A stretch of DNA of 64,000 nt from Candidatus Shapirobacteria bacterium (GTDB lineage Bacteria; Patescibacteriota; Microgenomatia; UBA12405), in contig JBAZTV010000002.1 in the NCBI GenBank assembly GCA_041661765.1, forward strand, positions 74,212-138,211. The letters run 5' to 3'. Every line of letters begins with the position of its first letter. Positions within the stretch are counted from its first letter, which is position 1. The position numbers and the translations under genes were made by a program. Below the pieces are notes generated by a model, which saw only the letters and a program-made list of their open reading frames with translations, had not been told where the DNA came from and did no database searches. Positions 46,356-55,920 of this stretch are shown one piece after another.

Positions 46356-47547
46356 TATTATTTTAATAAGCTACAAAAACTATCGCTATATTTATGAAGC
46401 GTTAGATTCCATTTTGTGCCAAGATTATCTCAACATAGAAATAATTATTAGCAACGACGGTTCAGATGATTTTGATCAAAAAAGTGTTAATCAATATCTA
46501 ACAAAAAACAAAAAACAAAACATAAAAAATTTTATTATTAATAATAATAAAAAAAATATCGGAACGGTCAAAAACGTTAACAAGGCCATAAAATTATCAA
46601 AAGGTAAATATATAACTATATTTGCCGCAGATGACACTCTTTATAATAGTCAGGTTGTCACTAAGTTTATAAACTCGTTCAACACTTTACCAAAAAATGA
46701 ATTAATTGTAACCTCACAAGTCGACATGTACGATGTAAGACTCAAAAAAATTATACAGCCATTTATTTCTGAAACAAATAAAGAAAAAATTAGAAAATTA
46801 ACACCAAAAAAATTATTTGCAGAAATGTCAACACAATGTATTCTCCCTGGTTCTGGCACTTGTTACAAAAGAGAGATTTTTAAAAAATACGGTTATTTCG
46901 ACGAAAAATATGTTTTAGTAGAAGACTATTCTTCTGCATTAAGACTATCCAGGTTAGGTGTTAAGTATAATTATTTTGATTTTATTTCAATTAAACACCG
47001 TGACGGAGGAATTAGTCATGGAAACATTATTGGAGACACTTCAGCTATAAGTAAATATGATTTAGATATTTTTAATATATTCAAATTTGAGGTTTTACCA
47101 TATTTAAATTTATTAAATGAAAGACAAAAAAAAGAATTCATAAAAAAATATAAAGATATTGAATGGAAATATTCATATAACTATAAATATAAAAATGGGA
47201 CAAAGATACAACGAAGAAAGTTCGTTATAGAAAATTTTAATATCATCTCGTATAGTTTTTTCAAAAACATTTTTAATGATATCTCTGATCAAGTCAAAGG
47301 AAAAAAATTTATGTTATTTCTCATTGGATTAATTCTTTTAACTATTTATAGTTTTAATGTTGATTTTGGCTCAAGTTTTTTCTCCATTTTTAGTATAGAA
47401 AAAAACCCAGACTGGTCTAATTCTATAAATAAAACAATAGGTTTCTTAGGCTTATTTATAGTAACTTTAAGTATAACTATGACTATTTTTTTATTTTCTA
47501 AAAAATATGCAATTCAAATATATAAATTTATTAAATTTATATTCTAA
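46336..47547 (+). CDS. Glycosyltransferase family 2 with a C-terminal membrane region.
   Basis: ATG at 46336; the track start at 46327 is TTG. ISIILISYKNYRYIYEALDSILCQ...IEIIISNDGSDD...FAADD. Two or three C-terminal TM. Confidence 0.8.
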   Translation: MKKPLISIILISYKNYRYIYEALDSILCQDYLNIEIIISNDGSDDFDQKSVNQYLTKNKKQNIKNFIINNNKKNIGTVKNVNKAIKLSKGKYITIFAADDTLYNSQVVTKFINSFNTLPKNELIVTSQVDMYDVRLKKIIQPFISETNKEKIRKLTPKKLFAEMSTQCILPGSGTCYKREIFKKYGYFDEKYVLVEDYSSALRLSRLGVKYNYFDFISIKHRDGGISHGNIIGDTSAISKYDLDIFNIFKFEVLPYLNLLNERQKKEFIKKYKDIEWKYSYNYKYKNGTKIQRRKFVIENFNIISYSFFKNIFNDISDQVKGKKFMLFLIGLILLTIYSFNVDFGSSFFSIFSIEKNPDWSNSINKTIGFLGLFIVTLSITMTIFLFSKKYAIQIYKFIKFIF

Positions 47548-47551
47548 TTTA

Positions 47552-49015
47552 ATGATTCTAAAACGAGCAGTTAATAATTTGGTAAAAAAAATTCCTCCAA
47601 TAAAAAAACTCATTATTGAGAAAAACACATTAATTGAAGAAAAGAATAATTTAATTGAAGAAAAGAATAATTTAATTGAAGAAAAGAATAATTTAATTGA
47701 AGAAAAGAATAATTTAATTGAAGAAAAGAATAATTTAAATAATATTAATATTAAATTAATAGAAGAAAAAGAAACATTAAAACACGAACTATTTGAACTT
47801 AATCAAATTAGATATCAAATAGTAATACAAAAACTTCAAAAGAAAATTAAACAAAAACAAAAAATAAATGTCATATTTATAGTTATTCACAGTTCAGTTT
47901 GGCAATATGATGATTTATATAAAAAATACAGTAATGATAAAAAATACAACCCAATAATAATTGTTGCACCATACATTCTTTGTAAAAAGGATGAAATGAT
48001 AGAAGAAATGAATAAAAGTTATTCTTATTTTAAGAATAAAAATTACAGCGTGTTAAAAACGTATAATAAAACAAATCTTTTTTCAGACATAAAAACAGAA
48101 TTACAACCCGATATAATATTTTTTACAAACCCACATAAAATTACAAATGACAAATATTATATTAATAATTTTTACAAAGACACTCTAACTTGTTATGTAC
48201 CTTACGGAATCATGTCTGCCAATATAGAAAAAAACCAATATAACCAAGAATTTCACAATCTAACATGGAAAAACTTTTATGAAACGGAAATACATAAAAA
48301 AATAGCAGAAAAATATGCTGATAACAAAGGAGTGAATGTTTTAGTTACAGGTTACCCAAAATGCGATATTTTTTTAAACAGAAAATATAAAGCAAAAAAT
48401 GTTTGGAAAAAAACTGACAAAAATTTAAAAAAAATAATTTGGGCACCCCATCACACTATTGAAAATAATGAAAAAGAATTAGGATATTCAAATTTTTTAG
48501 AATATCATCAAATAATGTTAGATATCGCCAAAAAATATCAAAATAAAATCCAAATAGCCTTTAAACCACATCCAATTTTATTGACTAAACTCAAAACACA
48601 TCCTGATTGGGGAGAGAGAAAAATCCATGATTATTGCGAAAAATGGAAAAATGAAAAAAACACTCAATTAGAACTTGATGAATACACTGATTTGTTTTTA
48701 TCATCAGACGGTATGATTCTCGATAGTGTTTCATTTATTGCAGAATATATGTTTATAAACAAACCAGCTTTGTTTATGATCAAAGACAATACTATTAACA
48801 ATAAATTTAACATTTTTGGCTCAATTGCTTATAACCTTTTATACAAATCACAAAACAAAAATGATTTAATTAATTTTATTGAAACAGTAATTTTAAAAGA
48901 AAAAGATGAAAGAAAAGAACAACGAGAAAAATTTCTTAATCAATATTTAATACCACCAAATAATCATAATGCTACAGATAATATTTATTCATTTATAAAC
49001 AATTATTTAAAATGA
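47552..49015 (+). CDS. TagB/TagF-like CDP-alcohol phosphotransferase (Glyphos_transf) with an N-terminal coiled coil containing (IEEKNNL)x5.
   Basis: ATG at 47552, clean after the upstream stop at 47547. C-terminal VLVTGYPKCDIFL (cf. GYPRND) and FLSSDGMILDSVSFIAEYMFINKPALF. Confidence 0.7.
   Translation: MILKRAVNNLVKKIPPIKKLIIEKNTLIEEKNNLIEEKNNLIEEKNNLIEEKNNLIEEKNNLNNINIKLIEEKETLKHELFELNQIRYQIVIQKLQKKIKQKQKINVIFIVIHSSVWQYDDLYKKYSNDKKYNPIIIVAPYILCKKDEMIEEMNKSYSYFKNKNYSVLKTYNKTNLFSDIKTELQPDIIFFTNPHKITNDKYYINNFYKDTLTCYVPYGIMSANIEKNQYNQEFHNLTWKNFYETEIHKKIAEKYADNKGVNVLVTGYPKCDIFLNRKYKAKNVWKKTDKNLKKIIWAPHHTIENNEKELGYSNFLEYHQIMLDIAKKYQNKIQIAFKPHPILLTKLKTHPDWGERKIHDYCEKWKNEKNTQLELDEYTDLFLSSDGMILDSVSFIAEYMFINKPALFMIKDNTINNKFNIFGSIAYNLLYKSQNKNDLINFIETVILKEKDERKEQREKFLNQYLIPPNNHNATDNIYSFINNYLK
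47612..47737 (+). repeat. In-frame perfect tandem repeat, 21-bp unit attgaagaaaagaataattta x5 plus a degenerate leading copy. Encodes (IEEKNNL)n.
   Basis: Directly visible. Units at 47633-47653, 47654-47674, 47675-47695, 47696-47716 and 47717-47737 are identical. Confidence 0.95.
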
Positions 49016-49611
49016 CAAAATTCATCTTCGATTTAGACGGAACAGTAACATCACAAGAAACATTACCTTTAATATCAAAGCATTTCAATATATCAAAAGA
49101 AATAAATAAAATAACAAAAGAAACTATCCAAGGTAATATTCCTTTCGTTGAAAGCTTCATAAAACGAGTCCATATTTTAGGGAAACTACCAGTTGATGAA
49201 ATTTGTGAATTACTTGAAAAAACTGAATTGTACCCTCAAATAATTTGTTTTATAAAAAAAAATAAAAAGAATTGTGTAATAGCCACAGGAAATTTAGATT
49301 GTTGGGTTGAAAAACTTGTTAAAAAAATTGGATGCCTTTCATACACTTCCAATGCCAACGTAGAGAATAATCACGTTACTAAAATAACACAAATTATTAA
49401 AAAAGAAGATATTGTTAAACAATATAAAAATTTAGGAGAAAAAGTTGTATTTATTGGCGACGGAAACAATGACATGGAGGCCATGAGACTCGCAGATGTT
49501 TCAATTGCTTGTGGTTTAACTCATAAACCAGCCAAAAGTATACTTACTATAACCGATTATTTAGTTTTTAATGAGGAGGCACTATGTCGACAACTAAATC
49601 AGTTATTATAA
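49012..49611 (+). CDS. HAD-superfamily phosphatase, phosphoserine-phosphatase (SerB)-like.
   Basis: FIFDLDGTVTSQE (motif I DxDGT), IGDGNNDMEAM (motif IV). Confidence 0.75.
   Translation: MTKFIFDLDGTVTSQETLPLISKHFNISKEINKITKETIQGNIPFVESFIKRVHILGKLPVDEICELLEKTELYPQIICFIKKNKKNCVIATGNLDCWVEKLVKKIGCLSYTSNANVENNHVTKITQIIKKEDIVKQYKNLGEKVVFIGDGNNDMEAMRLADVSIACGLTHKPAKSILTITDYLVFNEEALCRQLNQLL
49573..49579 (+). promoter_or_regulatory. Strong Shine-Dalgarno sequence GAGGAGG, 5 nt upstream of the ATG at 49584.
   Basis: aatGAGGAGGcactATG. This is the strongest RBS in the window; it lies inside the 3' end of the HAD gene. Confidence 0.5.
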
Positions 49612-50225
49612 GTTGTGCCGGAATAGGTTCAAGGCTCGGCTTAGGTCAAACTAAAGCTTTAATCGATATTGCTGGAAAATCTCTAATTCGTTGGCAATTA
49701 GAACTATTGGATAGTATAAAAGATATAAGAATTGTTGTTGGATATCAATCTAATGATGTTATTAAAGAAGTTTTAAAAATCAGAAAAGATGCAATTTTTA
49801 TCTACAATCATAATTATTTTGAAACAAAAACAGGTGCTAGTTTTTATTTAGGATCAAAAGACGCAAATGAATATGTTATAGAATGGGATGGTGATTTACT
49901 TGTGCATCCTGAAGATGTTAAAAAATGTTTACAAATGGATCAGGAATATATTGGTTACAGTGACAAAGTTTCTGATGAATCTGTTTATGTTAAAACAAAC
50001 AATGAAGGGGATGTTTTAAGTTTTTCAAGAGAAAACGGTGATTACGAATGGACAGGTCCAGCATGTATTAGAAAGAATAAAGTTAAATATACATCTGGTA
50101 ATGTTTTCAATCAACTTGAAGAATATTTACCAATGAAAGGATTAAAAATACGAGCACAAGATATTGATACTTACGATGACTACAAAAAAGCGATAGAATT
50201 TATTAAAAGTTGGCAAAAAAAATAA
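49584..50225 (+). CDS. LicC-like nucleotidyltransferase (CTP:phospho-alcohol / sugar-phosphate cytidylyltransferase).
   Basis: VIISCAGIGSRLGLGQTKALIDIAGKSLIRWQLELL...RIVVGY parallels LicC AAGLGTRL...PKAL...PLIEYQIEFL...IVGY. Confidence 0.7.
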   Translation: MSTTKSVIISCAGIGSRLGLGQTKALIDIAGKSLIRWQLELLDSIKDIRIVVGYQSNDVIKEVLKIRKDAIFIYNHNYFETKTGASFYLGSKDANEYVIEWDGDLLVHPEDVKKCLQMDQEYIGYSDKVSDESVYVKTNNEGDVLSFSRENGDYEWTGPACIRKNKVKYTSGNVFNQLEEYLPMKGLKIRAQDIDTYDDYKKAIEFIKSWQKK

Positions 50226-50227
50226 TA

Positions 50228-50944
50228 ATGAATGTACTTTTTTTAGATCAATTTAAAAAAAAATATTTCAATTTAATATTGAAATACCCCTTCATTGTAA
50301 ATTATATCGCAAATAAACAATCACAAAACTACTGGATAAACCAAAAAAATTGGCGTGTAAAAGACATTTTTTATAAAAGAGCAATCAAACAAGAACAATT
50401 TCTTAAAAAAAACTTCATTCCCCTCCTTAATAAAAATTCTATTATTTGTGATCTTGCTTGTGCTTGTGGCGATTTTGCTTTTATTGTGGCTCCATTTGTT
50501 AAAAAAATTGAAGGATTCGATTTATCTTCTAAAATGGTTAAATTAGCAAATAAAACGGCAAGAGATAAAAAAATCAACAATACTCATTTTTATGAAGCTA
50601 ATATCAATAACTATTTCTTTAAAAGAAAATATGACCACTTTATGTGTTTAGGTCTTTTTACATATATCTTTAACAATAAAGATGCTAATAATATTATTAA
50701 AAAAATTTCAGATTCTATTAAAATAAACGGTTATTTAGTCATAAAAGACACCTTAACAACAGAAAAAAATAACATAATCCATCTCGTATTTAATGATCCA
50801 TATTCAGCAAATTACAGATCCAAAAAAGAATATCTTAAACTATTTAAAGAAAAAAACTTTTCTTTTATTAAAGAAACAAAACTATCAAAAGGAAACGATG
50901 ATCGTTTTTTTAGTTATTGTGCAATTTTTCAAAAAACAAAATGA
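50228..50944 (+). CDS. Class I SAM-dependent methyltransferase.
   Basis: ATG at 50228; the track start at 50210 is TTG. ICDLACACGDFAFIV (motif I), EGFDLSSKMV, INGYLVIKD. Confidence 0.65.
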   Translation: MNVLFLDQFKKKYFNLILKYPFIVNYIANKQSQNYWINQKNWRVKDIFYKRAIKQEQFLKKNFIPLLNKNSIICDLACACGDFAFIVAPFVKKIEGFDLSSKMVKLANKTARDKKINNTHFYEANINNYFFKRKYDHFMCLGLFTYIFNNKDANNIIKKISDSIKINGYLVIKDTLTTEKNNIIHLVFNDPYSANYRSKKEYLKLFKEKNFSFIKETKLSKGNDDRFFSYCAIFQKTK

Positions 50945-51657
50945 AAAAAAATGAAGTTATAGGAATAATTGGTGGAGCAGGTGTTGCAGCCACTAATAAA
51001 TTAAATGAACTTATTGAAAATATTTTTACTCTAAATGGCGCCTTTAGAGACATGCATCATCCTGAAATTATTATTTATCAAGCCACAAAAGCACCTTCAA
51101 GAAGTATGTATCTTGAAGGCAAAGGGGAATCATTTATTAGTGATTACATTAAAATTGGTAAAAAACTTAAAAGTGCGGGTGCTACAACTCTTTGTATGAG
51201 TTGCAACACAGCTCATTATGCTATAGACGAAATTCAAAATGAAGTTGGTTTGCCTTTTATCAATCTAATTGAAGAGGTTGTTTCCGAAATTAAAAACACA
51301 AATCAAAAAAAAATTGGACTAATTGCTTCAGATGGATGTTTAATGGGTAAGGTTTACGAAAAATATTTTGATAAAATTTATCCTGAAGCTAAAATCATTT
51401 ACCCAGACAAAATTTTTCAGCAAGAAGTAACTAGGGGAATTTGCAATATTAAAAATATCAACAGGTTTAAAGAAGACTCCAGTCTAGACAGACCAAAAAA
51501 TATTTTTACCAATGTGAGTAAACATCTAATTAAAAAAAATGCCGACATAATTTTAATCGGATGTACTGATATAAGAGTAGATTATTTTAATCAAAACTCT
51601 GTTGATTCATTAGAAGTTTTAGCAAAAAAAATTTATCAAAAAACATATGAAAAATAA
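50941..51657 (+). CDS. Asp/Glu/hydantoin-racemase-family enzyme (aspartate-racemase-like).
   Basis: VIGIIGGAGVAAT, GKGE, MSCNTAHYAIDEIQ and IILIGCTDI match the two catalytic-Cys motifs (CNTAH / GCTE) of aspartate racemases. Confidence 0.75.
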   Translation: MKKNEVIGIIGGAGVAATNKLNELIENIFTLNGAFRDMHHPEIIIYQATKAPSRSMYLEGKGESFISDYIKIGKKLKSAGATTLCMSCNTAHYAIDEIQNEVGLPFINLIEEVVSEIKNTNQKKIGLIASDGCLMGKVYEKYFDKIYPEAKIIYPDKIFQQEVTRGICNIKNINRFKEDSSLDRPKNIFTNVSKHLIKKNADIILIGCTDIRVDYFNQNSVDSLEVLAKKIYQKTYEK

Positions 51658-52285
51658 CGATGCTTTAATTTTTTTTAAAAATATGTCAAAAAACAAATCG
51701 CTTAACCCCAATTCACTTAAATTGGCAAAAAATAGTGATTTTTCTACAATCGATGCTAAATTTATTTTAAGTCACACAAATAAAAATACAAAAATTCTCG
51801 ATCTAGGAAGTGGAAGTGGTCTTGTTATTAATAAAATTAATGACAAAGTAAAACATATTTTAGCTGTTGAACCTTTTGTTGAATTTACAAAATATATAAA
51901 CACAAACACTAATATTACTATTATAAATAAAGATATCTTAAATTTTAAAACGAACGAACTTTTTGACTTGGTTACAATGTTCGCTGTTGTTCAATATTTT
52001 AATCAAGACGAAATCGTAAAAATTTACACCAAATACAAAAATAATTTAAAAACCAATGGCAAATTAATAATAAAAGGCCAATTTGGAGTAGAGGATGATG
52101 TCATAATTTCTGGTTATTCAGATGAACTAAAAACTAATTATTATTCACAATATCGTCACTTAAATAAAGAAATCGATATTTTAAGAAAAATAGGATATAA
52201 AAATATCGAAGTAGTAGATATATATCCACCAGAGTGCAATCGTTGGAAGAATACCCATTTCTATGCAATAATTGCAGAAAAATAG
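51647..52285 (+). CDS. Class I SAM-dependent methyltransferase.
   Basis: ILDLGSGSGLVINKI (motif I), ILAVEPF, GKLIIKG. Confidence 0.7.
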   Translation: MKNNDALIFFKNMSKNKSLNPNSLKLAKNSDFSTIDAKFILSHTNKNTKILDLGSGSGLVINKINDKVKHILAVEPFVEFTKYINTNTNITIINKDILNFKTNELFDLVTMFAVVQYFNQDEIVKIYTKYKNNLKTNGKLIIKGQFGVEDDVIISGYSDELKTNYYSQYRHLNKEIDILRKIGYKNIEVVDIYPPECNRWKNTHFYAIIAEK

Positions 52286-52304
52286 TGATAAAATTCATTA
52301 AGAT

Positions 52305-53402
52305 ATGATCAAATTTCTAGATCTTTATAAAATAAACCAACAATACAGAAAAGAAATAAATAAAGCCATTAATCAAGTTTTAGACTCCGGCTATTATATT
52401 TTAGGTCAAGAAGTTAAAAACTTTGAAACAAATTTTGCTAATTGTATTGGAACAAAATATTGTATTGGCACCGCCAATGGACTAGAAGCGCTCACATTAA
52501 TTTTAATGGCCTATAAGGAATTAAATATCCTAAAAGATAATGATGAAATAATTGTTCCAGCCAATACTTTTATAGCCTCAATTTTAGCTATCTCTCAAAA
52601 TAATCTAACTCCAGTTTTGGTCGAACCAGATATAAATACATACAATATTAATCCTGATCTTATTGAAGAAAAAATAACCAAAAAAACAAAAGCTATTATG
52701 ATAGTCCACTTATATGGCCAAACTGTAGAAATGGACAAAATTTGGAAATTAGCCAAAAAATATAATTTAAAAATTATAGAAGATTCGGCACAAGCTCATG
52801 GATCAAAATATAAAAATAAAATGGTCGGAAACCTTGGTGATGCTTCTGGTTTTAGTTTCTATCCGGGAAAAAATTTAGGAGCCATTGGAGATGCTGGCGC
52901 AATTACAACCAATGATAAAAAATTAGCCGACACAATTAGGGCAATTGCTAATTATGGTTCTTCTGAAAAATATGTGAACATTTATAAAGGAATAAACAGT
53001 CGACTCGACGAAATTCAAGCTGCAATTCTTAATATAAAACTTAAATATTTGGATTCCGATAATAATAAAAGACGCATTGTTGCTAAATATTATTTGGACA
53101 ATATTAAAAATCAGAAAATAACTTTACCAAATATAACCGATTTCAATGAGCATAATTTTTACGTCTTTGTAATCAGAACAAAAAATAGAAATCAATTGCA
53201 AAAATATTTAGAAAATAATGGAATTGGATCCTTAATTCATTATCCAATTCCACCCCATAAACAACAAGCATATAAAGAATGGAATAAATTAAATTTACCA
53301 ATTACAGAGCAAATTCACAATGAAATTCTAAGCATCCCCATTAGTCCAGTTTTGACCCAAAATGAAGTGAAAAAAATCGTAAAAGTCTTAAACAATTTTT
53401 AA
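52305..53402 (+). CDS. DegT/DnrJ/EryC1/StrS-family PLP-dependent sugar aminotransferase (FdtB/QdtB-like).
   Basis: [62 protein letters not shown]...[10 protein letters not shown]. Confidence 0.85.
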   Translation: MIKFLDLYKINQQYRKEINKAINQVLDSGYYILGQEVKNFETNFANCIGTKYCIGTANGLEALTLILMAYKELNILKDNDEIIVPANTFIASILAISQNNLTPVLVEPDINTYNINPDLIEEKITKKTKAIMIVHLYGQTVEMDKIWKLAKKYNLKIIEDSAQAHGSKYKNKMVGNLGDASGFSFYPGKNLGAIGDAGAITTNDKKLADTIRAIANYGSSEKYVNIYKGINSRLDEIQAAILNIKLKYLDSDNNKRRIVAKYYLDNIKNQKITLPNITDFNEHNFYVFVIRTKNRNQLQKYLENNGIGSLIHYPIPPHKQQAYKEWNKLNLPITEQIHNEILSIPISPVLTQNEVKKIVKVLNNF

Positions 53403-53405
53403 AAT

Positions 53406-53858
53406 TTATTTTTGTTTTGCAGGATTACCAACAACTATCAAACCAGGTAAAACATCTACAACAACTACACTTCCAGCTCCTACCATAGAACCTTCACCGA
53501 TAGTTACTCCAGGTAAAATAGTAGCATTTGCACCAATTGAAGCACCCTTTTTAATTAAAATCCTTTCTTTTTTCCAATTTTTGTTTCCAGACTTTGGATA
53601 TCTATCATTACAAAAAGTCACATTTGGTCCAACAAAAACATCATCTTCAATTGTAATCCCATCCCAAATTTGAACCCCAGATTTAATAGTTACATTATTC
53701 CCAATTACAACTTCATTCTCAATAAAACAATGCGAACAAATATTACAATCATTACCTATTTTTGCATCAGGTAATACAACACAAAATTGCCAAATTCTTG
53801 TACGCTCACCAATTTTTTTACTATCAACAATTGCAGTAGGGTGAATATAAATATCCAT
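53406..53858 (-). CDS. Left-handed beta-helix (hexapeptide-repeat) sugar N-acetyltransferase (FdtC/QdtC/WxcM-N-like).
   Basis: Repeating [LIV]G-x4 hexapeptides: [67 protein letters not shown]. Confidence 0.8.
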   Translation of the reverse strand: MDIYIHPTAIVDSKKIGERTRIWQFCVVLPDAKIGNDCNICSHCFIENEVVIGNNVTIKSGVQIWDGITIEDDVFVGPNVTFCNDRYPKSGNKNWKKERILIKKGASIGANATILPGVTIGEGSMVGAGSVVVVDVLPGLIVVGNPAKQK

Positions 53859-53860
53859 AA

Positions 53861-54265
53861 TTATTTTATTAATTCTTCAAAAAATGTATCATCGGGAGAC
53901 CATTCAGTGTCAGTATAATTTAATAGTGAAGCTTTTTTACTTAAATTTCTAAAAGAATGAGCTATATTTGGACCAATCTCCAATCTTGTATATTTATCTG
54001 ATTTACTATCTATAATAATTCTAACTATTTCACCAGTTTTCATATCTTTCAAAACTACTTCTACTTTTCCAGTTACCAATCCAAACCATTCTCTCCATTT
54101 TTTATGATAATGATTACCTCTAACGACATTGGACTTACCAAAAGTAACAAAATATATCTGCCCAAATTCCTTAAATTCTTTTTTTAAATCTGAATCTCTT
54201 AAAAAGACTACTAAATGACCTCTTTTGTCATCATGTTTTTCAATAAAATCAATTTTATAATCCAT
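53861..54265 (-). CDS. FdtA/WxcM-C-like cupin: dTDP-4-keto-6-deoxyhexose 3,4-ketoisomerase.
   Basis: ATG at 54265 (MDYKIDF); the track start at 54331 is further upstream and probably non-[13 protein letters not shown]...[28 protein letters not shown] matches the FdtA RG..H.HKK pattern. Confidence 0.75.
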   Translation of the reverse strand: MDYKIDFIEKHDDKRGHLVVFLRDSDLKKEFKEFGQIYFVTFGKSNVVRGNHYHKKWREWFGLVTGKVEVVLKDMKTGEIVRIIIDSKSDKYTRLEIGPNIAHSFRNLSKKASLLNYTDTEWSPDDTFFEELIK

Positions 54266-54314
54266 AACACTTCCATTATAGCAATAATGATAAAATTCAT
54301 AAACAAATAGACAT

Positions 54315-55880
54315 ATGAAAAAGAAAATCATCTCTTTCCTAAATAAATACTGGATTTTACTGTCATTTTTATCAATTTTTACAATCTACATACTACCGGT
54401 TTGTTTTCAAAACAACAATAATTTAAACCTAGTTTCCGCTGAACATATTGATAGTGGTTCTATCCTCGGCAGTATCATGCAAATGAATAGCAAAAATACA
54501 CCAAACTCTTTTTATAATCAAAATATTCCATACCACACCGGCTTTTATGGCTACCCCTACAATAGTATTGTATTTTGGAGCTTCAAATTCGAAAAAATAT
54601 TTTTCAGATCATATGCCAACATTAATTTTTATATTTTTCCATTAATTGCAAAATTATTAAATTTTATTTTTGCTTCATTTTCAATAATATATCTGTATCA
54701 ACTATCAAGAAAAATCCTAAAATATAATCTATCAAGAATTTTATTACTTTCGCTTTTCATAATTTTCCCCGAATATCTTCATTACGTTTTTCATATTAAG
54801 CCAGATATTTTAGGTTTATTATTTTCAATAATATCCCTAAATTACTTATATGATTATTTACAAAATTCTAAAAATAATAAAAATATAATTAAAGCCAATG
54901 TTTTTGGCGGACTATCTATTTTGTGCAAACAACCACACATATTTATAATTTTCCCTTTATTAATAGGGTTCGTTTCTTCTTTAAAAGGTAACCTAAAAGA
55001 AAAACTTTCCATTTTTTTTAAAACATATTTATACTCTGGAATAATTTTTCTATTTTTATTTTTTATTATTCACCCCTATGCCTTCCTGGAACTAAAAGCA
55101 TTTTTAGCAAGACAAATATTGATGACAAGTATGACATCCGCCAGTTATATCGATAATATTAACTTTTGGTTGCCAACATTTATCGGGGATCCATTACTCT
55201 TTATCTTTGTATTCACTCCATTTATTTTTATATTATTAAATTTATTTAAAAAGTTTCGCAATAAAACAACACTATTTTTGTTATTAATTTCAACATATAT
55301 TATTAGTTATCTTTTATGGTTAACCCTAAAAGTTGGCCCAATGCGATTTATTCATTACTTAATTCCGGTTTTTCCTTTTTCAATTTTAATTTTTTCTTAC
55401 ATTTTTGACTTTTTTTTCAATAAAACATTTTGCTCAAAATCTAAAATCAACCAAATATTTTATCTAACTATTTTTATAACGGTTTTTTTATTATCAGTAA
55501 AAACCATCAACTATACAATTATTAAAACCAAAAATATTATACAATCGCCCTATGATTTTCAAAAAACAGAAACATACAAAGCCACCAAAAAGTTTGAAAA
55601 AGAATTCAGTAATGAGCAATTAAATAAAAAAACAATAATTTACTCGATATCCTTACCAGTAAACGATACCCTATATGAAAATTCTATCAACACTTGGCAG
55701 GTTAATGAAAAAGTTGTTAATGAATTAAAACCGGAATATCTTTTCATTGATTTCACTGTTTATTGGGAAAAACCATATGAATATTGGGAAAAAATTGCTA
55801 AACAAAACGAATTGAACAAAGAAATGTTGTTTATAGACAATTTTGATAAAGAAAAAAATATAGTTCTTTTCTACAAATAA
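54315..55880 (+). CDS. Polytopic membrane protein, possibly a distant family B member (GFYGYPYN motif).
   Basis: 521 aa with 12+ TM. AEHIDSGSILGSIMQMN...NIPYHTGFYGYPYN echoes HDDM...GQIP...GFGYGYPLF. Divergent from 53861-54265, with only 49 bp between them. Confidence 0.6.
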   Translation: MKKKIISFLNKYWILLSFLSIFTIYILPVCFQNNNNLNLVSAEHIDSGSILGSIMQMNSKNTPNSFYNQNIPYHTGFYGYPYNSIVFWSFKFEKIFFRSYANINFYIFPLIAKLLNFIFASFSIIYLYQLSRKILKYNLSRILLLSLFIIFPEYLHYVFHIKPDILGLLFSIISLNYLYDYLQNSKNNKNIIKANVFGGLSILCKQPHIFIIFPLLIGFVSSLKGNLKEKLSIFFKTYLYSGIIFLFLFFIIHPYAFLELKAFLARQILMTSMTSASYIDNINFWLPTFIGDPLLFIFVFTPFIFILLNLFKKFRNKTTLFLLLISTYIISYLLWLTLKVGPMRFIHYLIPVFPFSILIFSYIFDFFFNKTFCSKSKINQIFYLTIFITVFLLSVKTINYTIIKTKNIIQSPYDFQKTETYKATKKFEKEFSNEQLNKKTIIYSISLPVNDTLYENSINTWQVNEKVVNELKPEYLFIDFTVYWEKPYEYWEKIAKQNELNKEMLFIDNFDKEKNIVLFYK

Positions 55881-55920
55881 CTGATTTTAATAAAAATAAA
55901 ATTAATCCAATAAATAAAAT

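Noticed and set aside
47612-47737. Possible CRISPR-like or satellite array (21-bp perfect direct repeats).
   Set aside because: The repeats are contiguous with no spacers and in-frame. They encode a heptad-like coiled-coil segment (IEEKNNL)n inside a TagF-like gene. No cas genes are present.
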